DNA of 64,000 nucleotides from an uncultured delta proteobacterium (GCA_963711565.1 CAVQEQ010000001.1:192001-256000); one strand, 5' to 3'; shown: positions 18,128-27,945, counted from the stretch's first letter. Numbers and translations: made by a program. Notes: generated from the sequence alone by a model not told the origin.

Positions 18128-18421
18128 CTAGTGGTTGCTTGAGTCTGCCGGCGCGTTCGAGCCGTCGTACGGGACTGTGCCAACGCATACATAGGACGGT
18201 ACATAACCGAAGCTGAAGAGGGACTGCATAAGCTGCCGGTTGTGTTCCAGCATCGTGACGTTCGCCTGCGCGAGCTCATCCATGCGGGACTGGCATGCGT
18301 CGAGACCGCGGGCGGCAGCGGTCACGATCTTCTGATGGTTGGCAGGATCGTCCTGAACCCCCTCCCAAGTGCTGCACCCCGTCAAACAGCAGAGCGCAAG
18401 AGACAAAACCAGGACTCGCAT
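18128..18421 (-). CDS. Small lipoprotein
   Basis: MRVLVLSLALCCLTGC lipobox, GAGG SD. Confidence 0.6.
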   Translation of the reverse strand: MRVLVLSLALCCLTGCSTWEGVQDDPANHQKIVTAAARGLDACQSRMDELAQANVTMLEHNRQLMQSLFSFGYVPSYVCVGTVPYDGSNAPADSSNH

Positions 18422-18493
18422 TTCCGCCTCAGGTTGACACGAGCGTGACTGCAGGACAACACCGCAACCGGCGAATTGGCGAGCGCAGTCGGA

Positions 18494-18532
18494 AAGCACG
18501 GAGGCCCGATCACATCTCTGCGATCGGGCCTC
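18494..18532. repeat. 39-bp direct repeat/hairpin, copy 2 (likely rny terminator)
   Basis: Hairpin about 20 bp after the rny stop; matches 17510-17548. Confidence 0.75.
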
Positions 18533-18553
18533 AGCATTGGAATTGCGCAACTG

Positions 18554-20110
18554 TTATTTCGCGAGCTCGGTTGCGCGCGTCTCCCGGATGACCGTCACCC
18601 GAATCTGTCCGGGGTACGTCATGTCGGTTTCGATTTTGCGCGCGACGTCGCGCGCCAGCATCGAGGTGTCCTCGTCCGAGATCTGGCTCGGCTCGACGAT
18701 CACGCGCATCTCGCGTCCCGCCTGCACGGCGAAGCATTTCTCGACGCCCTTGAACGACTTCGCGATCGTCTCGAGATCCTCGAGCCGCTTGACGTAACTC
18801 TCGAGCACCTCGCGCCGGGCTCCCGGACGCGCGCCCGAAAGCGCATCGGCCGCATCGACCAGCGGCGCGAGGATCGTCTCGGCTTTGACTTCCTCGTGAT
18901 GCGCCGCGATCGCGTTTACGATCTTCGCCGACTCGCCGTACTTGCGCGCGATCTCGCCGCCGATCAGCGCGTGCGAGCCTTCGACCTCATGCGTCAGCGC
19001 CTTGCCGATATCGTGCAGCAGAGCGGCACGCCGCGCCTGCTTTTCGTTGAGCCCGAGTTCCGCCGCCATCGCACCGCAGATGAACGCCGCTTCGATCGAA
19101 TGCATCAGCACGTTCTGCGCGTAGCTGTAGCGAAACTTGAGCATCCCGAGCAGCTTGACCAGCTCAGGATGGATTCCATGCACGCCGACTTCGATAATCG
19201 CGCGCTGACCGGCCTCGCGAATCGATTCCTCGACCTGCTGCTCGGCCTTGCGCACGACTTCCTCGATCCGCCCCGGGTGAATGCGGCCGTCCGAGATGAG
19301 CTGCATCAGGGCGACGCGCGCGATCTCGCGGCGAATCGGGTTGTGGCACGAAATTACGACCGCCTCCGGAGTATCGTCGATGATTATGTCGACGCCGGTG
19401 GCGGCTTCGATCGCGCGGATGTTGCGACCTTCGCGGCCGATGATGCGGCCCTTCATTTCGTCGTTGGGAAGCGCGATTACCGAAACGGTGCGCTCGGCGA
19501 CGAACTCGCCCGCCAGCCGCTCGATTGCAATCGCGACGACTCGCTTGGCGCGGCGGTCGGCCTCCTCGCGCGCCTCTTCCTCGACGATTCGGATGTGCTT
19601 GGCCGCGTCGGTGCGCGCCTGCCCGATCATCTCGTCCATCAGCGAGCGCTTGGCTTCCTCGCGCGTCAGACCGGCGACAGCCTCGAGCTTGGTGCGCGCC
19701 TCGTCGATATGGGCCTGCAGTACTTCTTCCTTGTCGGTGAGACTTTTCTCACGCGAGCGCAGACTCTGATCGCGCCGGTTGAGATCGGCTTCGCGCCGCT
19801 CGAATGCTTCCTGGCGCTTTTCGAAAGTCTCCTCGCGTGCTTCGAGTTTCTGCTCGATCGCGGCAATCTCGCGCCGGCGATCGCGCATCTCGCGTTCGGC
19901 GTCGGCCTTCGCGCCGACCACCATGTCCTTTGCCTTGAGTTCTGCCTCCTTAACTACGAGCTGGCTCCGTGTTTGAGCCTCCTTGGTTATTTCCTCGGCC
20001 TGAGCGCGCGCGGCCTCCAGGTTAACGGCGTCCTTACGCTGTTTCGTTATTCCCCAAATGAAAAAGACCGCGCCACCAACTATGAATCCCAGGATTGCGG
20101 TAATTAGCAC
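18554..20110 (-). CDS. rny: Ribonuclease Y
   Basis: N-terminal TM, coiled coil, KH (KGRIIGREGRNIR), HD (LLHDIGK). Confidence 0.97.
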   Translation of the reverse strand: MLITAILGFIVGGAVFFIWGITKQRKDAVNLEAARAQAEEITKEAQTRSQLVVKEAELKAKDMVVGAKADAEREMRDRRREIAAIEQKLEAREETFEKRQEAFERREADLNRRDQSLRSREKSLTDKEEVLQAHIDEARTKLEAVAGLTREEAKRSLMDEMIGQARTDAAKHIRIVEEEAREEADRRAKRVVAIAIERLAGEFVAERTVSVIALPNDEMKGRIIGREGRNIRAIEAATGVDIIIDDTPEAVVISCHNPIRREIARVALMQLISDGRIHPGRIEEVVRKAEQQVEESIREAGQRAIIEVGVHGIHPELVKLLGMLKFRYSYAQNVLMHSIEAAFICGAMAAELGLNEKQARRAALLHDIGKALTHEVEGSHALIGGEIARKYGESAKIVNAIAAHHEEVKAETILAPLVDAADALSGARPGARREVLESYVKRLEDLETIAKSFKGVEKCFAVQAGREMRVIVEPSQISDEDTSMLARDVARKIETDMTYPGQIRVTVIRETRATELAK

Positions 20111-20780
20111 CCGGGTTTACCTCCTTCGTCCGCGTTCGGCGTGCTGGCAGTGGCGCTTCGCAGGCACGATGAACGTCGGACTCGGTCACGATGAAGTTAA
20201 GCCGCCGGTCGAGTCCCGTTTCGGGGATTCGATCGAGCAGCTGGAACGAATAGGCGAGCCCCACATTGATCGCTTCGCGCCCGAGTTGGCCGATGAAACG
20301 ATCATAATGGCCCCCGCCACGACCCAGACGCTGTCCTTCGAGTCCGAAGGCAACGCCGGGAACACACACGAGAATTTTCGCAAAACTTTTGCTGTCGAGA
20401 ACTTCTGAAGATTTAGGCGGCTCGAGGATTCCGTAGACGCCGCGGGCAAGCTCGGCGCGATCGCGAATGCGTCGGGCAACGATCATGCCTGTCGAAGCCT
20501 CGCCCCCTGGTCGAGGGCGGGCACGGCGGCCCGCCCCACTCGGGTAGAAGACGGCGCGTCCCGACGCGAGCGCGTCGGCCAGGATTCGGTCAGTCGAAAC
20601 TTCGTTACCGATCGCGGCGTACAGGACAATCGCGGACGCTTCGCGGTAAGACTCGCCTGCGAGCACTTGACGCTGGATGCTTCCCGACCATGCCGCCGCA
20701 CGCTCGCGAGGGAGCGCGTCGCGGCATGCGATCATGATCGCGCGAAGATTTTTCTTTTCGTCCGCCACAGTCGTTGCCAT
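20034..20780 (-). CDS. 5-formyltetrahydrofolate cyclo-ligase
   Basis: GILEP, VPGVAF..G.RLGRGGGHYDR motifs; conserved position between zapA and rny. Confidence 0.9.
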   Translation of the reverse strand: MATTVADEKKNLRAIMIACRDALPRERAAAWSGSIQRQVLAGESYREASAIVLYAAIGNEVSTDRILADALASGRAVFYPSGAGRRARPRPGGEASTGMIVARRIRDRAELARGVYGILEPPKSSEVLDSKSFAKILVCVPGVAFGLEGQRLGRGGGHYDRFIGQLGREAINVGLAYSFQLLDRIPETGLDRRLNFIVTESDVHRACEAPLPARRTRTKEVNPGANYRNPGIHSWWRGLFHLGNNETA

Positions 20781-20819
20781 GGCGGGAGCGGGTTTAACTG
20801 CTCGAATGCGCCGTTGCGT

Positions 20820-20980
20820 TTTTCGCGGCCGTCACGCGCGCATGTCGTTGTATTCTCGAACCGGCTGACAGCCGGCCTGTATCCGCGAAAACTACTATCG
20901 CGAAAGCCTTCGATGCGGTTGAAAAATATTGCACGGGCCTCATGCTTGTAAGCACCGCGTTTAGGCTACTCTCGAGATCC
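20820..20980 (-). ncRNA. ssrS: Probable 6S RNA (boundaries approximate)
   Basis: Canonical position between zapA and the cyclo-ligase; long rod pairing UAUUUUUCAACCG/CGGUUCGAGAAUA, GCAUG/CAUGC, ACGCG/CGCGU. Confidence 0.55.
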
Positions 20981-21059
20981 ACAATTCCAATTCCCGCCCC
21001 CGTCCGAAATCGCTTACCTCCGGCTTGCCGCGCGCCGTCACGACGAATCATGCTCATCG

Positions 21060-21332
21060 TCATTCGCCGTCGATAGCCGCGGACAGCCGTTTATTCATCG
21101 CCGCGATTCGATCCACCAACTCCTGATGCTCCAGTCTGAGGTGTTCGAGTTCCTCGGCGAAATTTAACGCAGCCAGGATTGCCAGGTTCACTGAATTGAT
21201 AGTCTGGCTCCCAGCGCGGATATCCCTGATCTTCTCGTCCACCGTCTCAGCCAGGGACTTGACCCAGTCGTCGCCCGCCTCGCTGGCGACGGTCAGGTTT
21301 TGTCCCATGATCTGGACGCTGACGCCCTTCAT
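21060..21332 (-). CDS. zapA: Cell division protein ZapA
   Basis: V.V.IMG...LA..VD...LAILAALNFAEEL. Confidence 0.9.
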   Translation of the reverse strand: MKGVSVQIMGQNLTVASEAGDDWVKSLAETVDEKIRDIRAGSQTINSVNLAILAALNFAEELEHLRLEHQELVDRIAAMNKRLSAAIDGE

Positions 21333-21335
21333 CTT

Positions 21336-21584
21336 CTAGCCAAGATCGATACCGTCGAAGCGGGTGAGGATTTTTTCGATCCTGCTTCGCACGTCGTTGC
21401 GCTCGTTTTCATGCTGCTGACGCTCGGCGCTCAACTGCTTCACCTGGCCGGCGGCGTCGGCATAGCGTTTTTCCATTTCCGCAAGCTTCTGCGCGAGTTG
21501 TTCGTTTTCTTTGCGCAATTGATGGATACGCGCAACGGAAGCCTGAATTCGTTCGTCTAGTTGCTTTAAGACATCTGTGGCCAT
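21336..21584 (-). CDS. zapB: Cell division protein ZapB-like coiled coil
   Basis: 82-aa all-coiled-coil protein directly upstream of zapA. Confidence 0.75.
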   Translation of the reverse strand: MATDVLKQLDERIQASVARIHQLRKENEQLAQKLAEMEKRYADAAGQVKQLSAERQQHENERNDVRSRIEKILTRFDGIDLG

Positions 21585-21631
21585 GAGAGAAAATCTTCTA
21601 CCTTTAGTTTAATTTTCGATAAACTGCGCTG

Positions 21632-22840
21632 TCAAGCTGCATAAGAACCGCTCGCACTCTGCTCCCCTGCGTCGTCACTTGCAAACAGCGCGTCAACAAA
21701 TTCGCGCGCGTCGAATTCGCGGAGGTCCTCGATCGACTCGCCGAGTCCGACAAACCGCACCGGAATCTTCAGCCGCTCCGCCACCGCGACGACCACCCCG
21801 CCCTTCGCCGTGCTGTCGAGCTTCGCGAGCACCACTCCGGTCAGCGGGACCGTGTCGCCAAAAATCGACGCCTGGCTGAGCGCGTTCTGACCCGTGTTGG
21901 CGTCGAGCACGAGCCAGGTCTCGTGCGGCGCGCCGGGCAACTCGCGCGCCACGACGCGGGCTATCTTTTTGAGCTCTTCCATCAAATTCACTTTGGTCTG
22001 CAGACGCCCCGCGGTGTCGATCAGAACGGTGCTGGTCTTGCGCGCGACCGCGGCCTTGACCGCATCGAAGGCCACCGCGGCGGGATCGGAGCCCTGCGAC
22101 TGCTTGATAATGTCGGCGCCGGCACGATCGCACCACACTTCGAGCTGCTCGATTGCGGCCGCGCGGAATGTGTCGGCAGCCGCGACGATCACACTGCCGC
22201 GCTCGGCCTTGAGCCGCGCCGCGAGCTTCGCGACCGTAGTAGTTTTGCCGACGCCGTTGACGCCCACCAGCATTATCACGAGCGGCGCGTCGCCCGAGTC
22301 GGCCGGAGCGCGGTCGGCGGACATCATGATAGTGGCGATCTCGGACTTGAGCGCGTCGCGAATCGCGTCGGGACGATTGTCGCTGCCCAATTTCGCGCGC
22401 ACCGCGGCTGAAATTTTCATGCTCGCCTCGACGCCAACGTCGGCGGCGATAAGCGCTTCCTCGAGGCCTTCATATATGTCGTCGAGCGTCGCGCTGCCGG
22501 TCAGCGCAGCCCTGATGCGTGCGAGAAAGTTCTCGCGCGTCTTGCGGAGTCCAAGGCCGATTCGGACGGGCTCGCGCACGGTCAGCGGCGGCGCGACAGG
22601 CTGAGCAGGCTCGGGCGCTTGAGGCTCGGCGACTGCGGGCGTGGGTTCGGCCGCGAGTTCTTTGGCCGGCGGCAGCTCGACTTCCGGCGCGGACTCGACC
22701 TCGGGCGCTGATTCAATTTGCTGCGGACGAGATGGCAGCGCCTTGCGGAGGCTCCACTGAATCAGGATTCCGATGAAAACCAGTCCTGCGGCGCCACCGG
22801 CGGCGATAATCAGGATGAGCGCGATACTGAGCGGAGTCAC
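21632..22840 (-). CDS. ftsY: Signal recognition particle receptor FtsY
   Basis: GVNGVGKTT, DTFRAAA, DTAGRLQ, KLDSTAKGG; N-terminal TM. Confidence 0.97.
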   Translation of the reverse strand: MTPLSIALILIIAAGGAAGLVFIGILIQWSLRKALPSRPQQIESAPEVESAPEVELPPAKELAAEPTPAVAEPQAPEPAQPVAPPLTVREPVRIGLGLRKTRENFLARIRAALTGSATLDDIYEGLEEALIAADVGVEASMKISAAVRAKLGSDNRPDAIRDALKSEIATIMMSADRAPADSGDAPLVIMLVGVNGVGKTTTVAKLAARLKAERGSVIVAAADTFRAAAIEQLEVWCDRAGADIIKQSQGSDPAAVAFDAVKAAVARKTSTVLIDTAGRLQTKVNLMEELKKIARVVARELPGAPHETWLVLDANTGQNALSQASIFGDTVPLTGVVLAKLDSTAKGGVVVAVAERLKIPVRFVGLGESIEDLREFDAREFVDALFASDDAGEQSASGSYAA

Positions 22841-22931
22841 AGATTAGGTCGTCCGGAAAAATGATCTTGAAGAACTTCGATCGACAGAATAACAGTCGCG
22901 GTCGCGCTCCGAAACCAGCAAGAAGGAACCG

Positions 22932-23041
22932 GGATTCTTCGCTACAGCAGCTTCCGCTCTGAATGACACAAGGACACTGGGTGCAGGGGTCACCCCTGCC
23001 CAGGGAAGCGTGAAACCCAGGAGGGGTTTCACATTCGATCA
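22932..23041. repeat. REP-like mosaic (family B right end plus family A subtype 2)
   Basis: GATTCTTCGC...CTGAATGACA (cf. 3635-3666); palindrome 22983-22999 plus GTGAAACCC..GGGTTTCAC. Confidence 0.8.
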
Positions 23042-23111
23042 AGTTCCTCGCTATAAGAAATGTCGGGCCGCGATATATTACGCGGACCCCGTCATGAAGG
23101 GAGATCTGTAG

Positions 23112-23963
23112 ATGGCCAAGCTCAAAGGCAAAGTCGCAATCGTAACCGGCGCCAGCCGCGGTATCGGCAAGGAGATCGCTGAACTGTTCGCGAAAGAAGG
23201 CGCGAAGGTCGTGTGCTCGGCGCGCACGCTCAAGGAGGGCGACCATAAACTGCTCGAAGGCTCGCTGGAGACGACGGTCGCCGGAATCAAAAAGGCGGGC
23301 GGCACGGCCGAGGCCGTCACCTGCAACGTCTCGTCGGAAACGGATTGCGAGAAACTCGTCGCGGAAACGCACAAGCTCTACGGACCGGTTGACGTGCTGG
23401 TGAACAACGCGGCGCTGACCTACTTCATCCCGGTCAAGGATTTCCCGCCGAGCCGATGGATGCGATCGTTCGCGGTCAACCTGCACGGCCCGTTCATGCT
23501 GGCGCACCTTGTGCTCCGGGACATGATCCCGCGGAAGTCCGGATCGATCGTCAACATTTCGTCGGGCGCGGCGATCGGACCCGGCCGCGGACCGTACAAG
23601 AGCGCGACGGTATTTCGCGGCGGCGTATGCTATGGCGCGGAGAAGGCGGCGCTCGAACGTTTCACGCAGGGGCTCGCGGAGGAAGTTTACGACGATGGAA
23701 TCTCGGTGACGTGCGTATCGCCGTCGCAAGTCGTCGCGACTCCGGGCACGGTGCATCACCATCTCGTGACGGGGCCCGACGATCCGACGGGAGAGCCGGT
23801 CGAATGGATGGCGCAGTCGGCGCTAATCCTCGCGACCGAACCGCTCGACAAGGTGACGGGGCTGGTGACGTACAGTCAGCCGTTGCTCAAGCAGTACGGC
23901 GTCAAGGTGAACAGTCTAGGGATTGGATTCGAGCGCAAAGGCAGCGGCTACAGCTTGATCTAA
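23112..23963 (+). CDS. SDR family oxidoreductase
   Basis: TGASRGIG, NNA, NISS, YxxxK (YGAEK). Confidence 0.93.
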   Translation: MAKLKGKVAIVTGASRGIGKEIAELFAKEGAKVVCSARTLKEGDHKLLEGSLETTVAGIKKAGGTAEAVTCNVSSETDCEKLVAETHKLYGPVDVLVNNAALTYFIPVKDFPPSRWMRSFAVNLHGPFMLAHLVLRDMIPRKSGSIVNISSGAAIGPGRGPYKSATVFRGGVCYGAEKAALERFTQGLAEEVYDDGISVTCVSPSQVVATPGTVHHHLVTGPDDPTGEPVEWMAQSALILATEPLDKVTGLVTYSQPLLKQYGVKVNSLGIGFERKGSGYSLI

Positions 23964-23983
23964 TCGCGCGCGGAATTTATCAG

Positions 23984-24032
23984 AAAAAAAGGCCGGCGAT
24001 TTTTCCATCGCCGCCCCCTTTTCTTCTTTTTC
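23984..24032. terminator. Bidirectional terminator between SDR and smc
   Basis: A-tract, GGCGAT...ATCGCC stem, T-tract. Confidence 0.65.
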
Positions 24033-24035
24033 TGC

Positions 24036-27000
24036 TTAGGCCGCTTGCGGGATTCTGAGCGAGATGATCCGCGAGACGCCGGGGCGGTCCATCGTGACGC
24101 CGTGAATCTGGTCGGCGCGCTGCATCGTGCGCTGGTTGTGGGTGATCACGATAAACTGCGAGCGCGTCTTCAGCTCGGCCATCAGCGTCGTGAACGCGGC
24201 GAGGCTGAACTCGTCGAGCGGGGCGTCAACTTCGTCCATCACGCAGAACGGGCTGGGGTTCAGCAGGAACAGCGAGAATATCAGCGCCATCGCCGACAGC
24301 GCTTTCTCGCCGCCTGACAGCAAGCCGATCTCCTTGACCTTCTTGCCGGGCGGTTGCACGAGGACGTTGACGCCCGCTTCGAGCACGTCGCCGTCGTCGG
24401 TAAGTTCGAGGCGGCCCTTGCCGCCGCGCAGCAGCTTGGGGAACAGCTCGGCGAAGTTTTTCGCCGCGCCCTCGAAGGTTTCGGCGAAACGCTTGCGCGC
24501 CTCGCGATTCAGATGCGTGATCGTCTTCGTCAGATCGTCGAGCGCGCTCTGCAAATCGGCGCGCTCGGTGCCGAGCACTCTCGCGCGTTCCTCGAGTTCC
24601 TTGACCTCGCTGTCGGCGGCCAGGTTCACCTCACCGATTCGTTCCATCTTGGCGCGCAGATCGACGATTCGTGCATCGTCATCGGCGGCGACTCTGCCGT
24701 CCATCGCAGGAATTATCTCGGCGGCCATTGTGTCGAACTCGGCGCCGAATTTTTCAATGAACGCGCGCGCCAACTCTTCGCTGAGCGCGCGGGCGCGTTC
24801 GCGCTTGAGACCGCATTCGGTGGCGTTGGCTTCCAGAGCCGTCAGCGCCTCTTGCGCGTTCTTGTAGTCGGCGCGGCGCGCTTCCAGCTCGTGCTCGGAC
24901 GCGGCGCATTGTGCGCGCAGTCGCGTCAGTTCAGCTTCGAGTTCGGTCTCGCGGGCGCGCGCGGCGACATCTTGCGCGGAGAGATTTTCGAGTTCGCGAT
25001 CGAACTCGGCGCGTTCGGTGTGCGAGCGTTCGAGGTTGGCGCGATGATCGTCGATTTGCGCCTCGAGTGCGTCAGCCTCGCGCTGCGTGTGCGCCAGTTC
25101 GCTTTCGAGCGCGCCGAGGCGAGACTTGCGGGCCTCGACCTTGGAGGCGGCTTCGAGCATCCCGGCGCCGATTTCTTCGGTGGCGCTGCGAAGCGTCGCT
25201 ATTTCGGTCGCCATCAGGCTCAGCCGTGCGCGAGCTTCCTGCTCAATCTTCGCTAGCTCTTCGAGGCGCCCGTTTGACGCGACTACGAGTTCGGCCAGCT
25301 CGCCGAGACGCCTGCGCGAATTGCCACCATGGGCTTCGGCGAGCGCGACAGACTGCTCGGCACGAGCGAAAGCGCCGCGACGCTCGATTGCAACTCGCTC
25401 CGCTTCGCGTGCGCGTGCCCTGCCCTGCTCGAGATCGGCGTCCGCGCGCTCGCGGTCGGCGCGAACCGCGGCGAACTGGCCGACGCGCGTGCGATGCTCT
25501 TCTTCAGCCCGCGCGAGTTCGCGGGTCTCGGCTTCGATCGCGGCAAGGTCCACCGCCGCGTGACTGTCTTCGGCGCTGCCACCGCTGATCATCCGACCCG
25601 GCATCACGAGGTCGCCGTCGCGCGTGACGAAGACAGTGCCGTGACCGTTGAGGTTCGACGCGGCGAGTGCGGAACGCAGGTCGTCGGCCAGCATCACGTG
25701 ACCCAGCATCGCCTCGGCAACGGGCGAGAAGCGCGATTCGATTTCGAGCATCTCGACCAGGCGTCCCGCGATACCCGGTGCGGCGATCGCCTCGTGAGCC
25801 ACGATTGCGGCTTCAGGCTCCTGCACGAAGTCCATCCGGCCCGCGCGGTTCTCCTTGAGGATTTCGATTGCGCGGAGCGCGAACTGCGGCGACTCGACGA
25901 TTACCGCGTCCATCCGATCGCCGAGCACGGCTCTGAGAGCCGGCTCGAGCGCGAGCGGCGCGCGCACGACCTGTTTGAGGATCGAGGGGTCGGTGGCGGG
26001 ACGATCGCCGTTGAGCGATTCGAGAATCGTACGGAGCCGCAGATCGACGCCGTTCGACAAATGATTCGGTTGAAGCTCGCCGCGCGCGACCAGCACGCCG
26101 CGCAGCGAGTTGACGCGGGCCGTCAGATGATCGAGCGCGGTGCGCGCTTCGATCTCGCGCTCGGCGGCTGTGCGGCGCGATCCTTCGAGATCGCCCGCTG
26201 CCGCGCGCGACGCTTCGAGGTCGGCCTCCGCCTCGTGCATCAGTTCGCGCGCGGTTTCGAGCTCCGCTGCCAACGCGGGCGTCTCGAGCGTGGTCGCTTC
26301 GAGGCGCTTTTCGAGATCGGCGCGCTCGCCGGCGAGATCGCCGAGACGGCCGCGAATCACCGCGGCTTCGCGCACGACATCGGACAGGTCGTCCTTGCAT
26401 TCTTCGCCGCGGCGCTCGGCGTTCTTGAGTTCACTGTTCGCGGCCTCGTGCTTGAGTGATATTTCCTTCAGCGCCGCGTCCGCATCGCCGCCGCCCGCTG
26501 CAATTTCGCGTGCGAGTGTCGCGCCCGCCTCGGCGCGATTGGCGCGCGCCAACGTCGCATTGGATTCCAACTCGACGAGCCGCGCGCTCAGCTCGACTTC
26601 GCGCTGTGCGGTCGCGTCGAGCCGATGCTGCAAGAAACCGCGCGTGCGCGCGCGTTCATTCGCACCTGAATGGAGATTCTCGAGTTCGCGCTGCGCGCCG
26701 CCCAGCTCGGACCGCGCCGACTGCGCGGCCGACGCCGCATCCTCGACCTGCTCGCGTATAGCCGCGGCCCCCGCGCGCGCGCCGTCGAGCGCGCTCTTGA
26801 GCTCAGTGTCGCGGCTGGTTTGTGTCGCCAGTTCCTCGCGCTGATCGATCAGACGGCGCGCCGACGAATAGCGTTCGAGCTCGCCGAGTTCCGCCTTGAC
26901 GACCTTGTAGGTCTCGGCCTTCTTCGCTTGCCGGCGCGCGAAGCTTAGCTGACGCTCGATTTCGCTGAGCACGTCGTCAACGCGTGCGAGATTTTCCTTG

Positions 27001-27563
27001 ACTCGTTCGAGCTTGCGCTCGCTCATCTCGCGCCGGCCCTTGAACAGCGAGAGGCCCGCGGCTTCCTCGACGAGGGTGCGCAGCTCGTGCGGCTTGGCCT
27101 GGATGATTTCCTCGATGCGGCCCTGCTCGACCAGCGAGTAGCCACGGCTGTGAATCTGCGCCGCCATGAAAAATTCGGTGATGTCCTTGAGACGGCACGG
27201 AATCTTGTTGAGCAGGTATTCGGACTCGCCCGAGCGATAGGCGCGGCGCGTGACCGCGACTTCGCTGAGCGCGGAGTACGGCTCGGGGAGCTGGCTGCCT
27301 TCTTCGGCCTCGAGCACGAGCGACACTTCAGCCATCCCGGCCGCGGGATTCGATTCGTTGCCGGCGTAGATAAGATCCTCGACGCTTTTGCCGCGCAGGC
27401 GAGTGGGAGCCTGCTCGCCGAGCACCCATCGGATGGCATCGACGACGTTCGACTTGCCGCATCCGTTGGGACCGACCACCGCCGTCATCCCCGGCGCGAA
27501 ACTAATCGTCGTCGAATCGAGAAAGGATTTGAAGCCTAGTAATTCAAGGCTCTTAAGACGCAT
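24036..27563 (-). CDS. smc: Chromosome segregation protein SMC
   Basis: GFKSF, GPNGCGKSN, long coiled coils with hinge, LSGGE, DEVDAPLD. Confidence 0.97.
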   Translation of the reverse strand: MRLKSLELLGFKSFLDSTTISFAPGMTAVVGPNGCGKSNVVDAIRWVLGEQAPTRLRGKSVEDLIYAGNESNPAAGMAEVSLVLEAEEGSQLPEPYSALSEVAVTRRAYRSGESEYLLNKIPCRLKDITEFFMAAQIHSRGYSLVEQGRIEEIIQAKPHELRTLVEEAAGLSLFKGRREMSERKLERVKENLARVDDVLSEIERQLSFARRQAKKAETYKVVKAELGELERYSSARRLIDQREELATQTSRDTELKSALDGARAGAAAIREQVEDAASAAQSARSELGGAQRELENLHSGANERARTRGFLQHRLDATAQREVELSARLVELESNATLARANRAEAGATLAREIAAGGGDADAALKEISLKHEAANSELKNAERRGEECKDDLSDVVREAAVIRGRLGDLAGERADLEKRLEATTLETPALAAELETARELMHEAEADLEASRAAAGDLEGSRRTAAEREIEARTALDHLTARVNSLRGVLVARGELQPNHLSNGVDLRLRTILESLNGDRPATDPSILKQVVRAPLALEPALRAVLGDRMDAVIVESPQFALRAIEILKENRAGRMDFVQEPEAAIVAHEAIAAPGIAGRLVEMLEIESRFSPVAEAMLGHVMLADDLRSALAASNLNGHGTVFVTRDGDLVMPGRMISGGSAEDSHAAVDLAAIEAETRELARAEEEHRTRVGQFAAVRADRERADADLEQGRARAREAERVAIERRGAFARAEQSVALAEAHGGNSRRRLGELAELVVASNGRLEELAKIEQEARARLSLMATEIATLRSATEEIGAGMLEAASKVEARKSRLGALESELAHTQREADALEAQIDDHRANLERSHTERAEFDRELENLSAQDVAARARETELEAELTRLRAQCAASEHELEARRADYKNAQEALTALEANATECGLKRERARALSEELARAFIEKFGAEFDTMAAEIIPAMDGRVAADDDARIVDLRAKMERIGEVNLAADSEVKELEERARVLGTERADLQSALDDLTKTITHLNREARKRFAETFEGAAKNFAELFPKLLRGGKGRLELTDDGDVLEAGVNVLVQPPGKKVKEIGLLSGGEKALSAMALIFSLFLLNPSPFCVMDEVDAPLDEFSLAAFTTLMAELKTRSQFIVITHNQRTMQRADQIHGVTMDRPGVSRIISLRIPQAA

Positions 27564-27638
27564 GCTTTCTCCGCCTCCACCACATCCACCACGTCGTAAG
27601 AAGTTTATCCTAAACCACCCTCAGAGGGTCAAGAGGAT

Positions 27639-27690
27639 ACGCAACATATCGTGGGTCGGGGGGCGGGTATCCACAGCGAGTTGTGGAATA
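27639..27690. promoter_or_regulatory. Tandem NrdR-box-like (alternatively DnaA-box-like) sites upstream of smc
   Basis: acgCAACATATCGtg and ccaCAGCGAGTTGtg, 32 bp apart; GTATCCACA overlaps the second site. Confidence 0.4.
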
Positions 27691-27925
27691 ATCGCCTGCG
27701 CGGCGGGCGGCAGGGGTGACCCCTGCACCCAGTGAGAAGAGCAAAGTTGCGCGCGGCGCGCTACTTTGCTCTCCAAGGGGCGGTGGATGGATGGGGTGTT
27801 ATCAAGGGAACTGCACCTCACCCCTAACCCCTCTCCCTTCAGGAGAGGGAACGAAGGATGCGTGCTGAATGCGGGCGCCATCACCCGTGCACGACACAAG
27901 TGTCGCCGCACGACCTCTCCCGAAG
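27686..27925. repeat. REP-like mosaic (family A subtype 1, family C, further hairpins)
   Basis: 27686-27773 matches 979-1066; CCTCACCCCTAACCC hairpin 27816-27852; CGACAC-AA-GTGTCG. Confidence 0.8.
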
Positions 27926-27945
27926 GTAGAGGTAAGATCGGATTT

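Noticed and set aside
18476-20107. 543-aa + strand ORF, and similar long antisense ORFs at 56144-58366, 58921-60549 and 60452-61942
   Set aside because: Shadow frames of GC-rich genes (rny, GT2, kinase, regulator), with no motifs.
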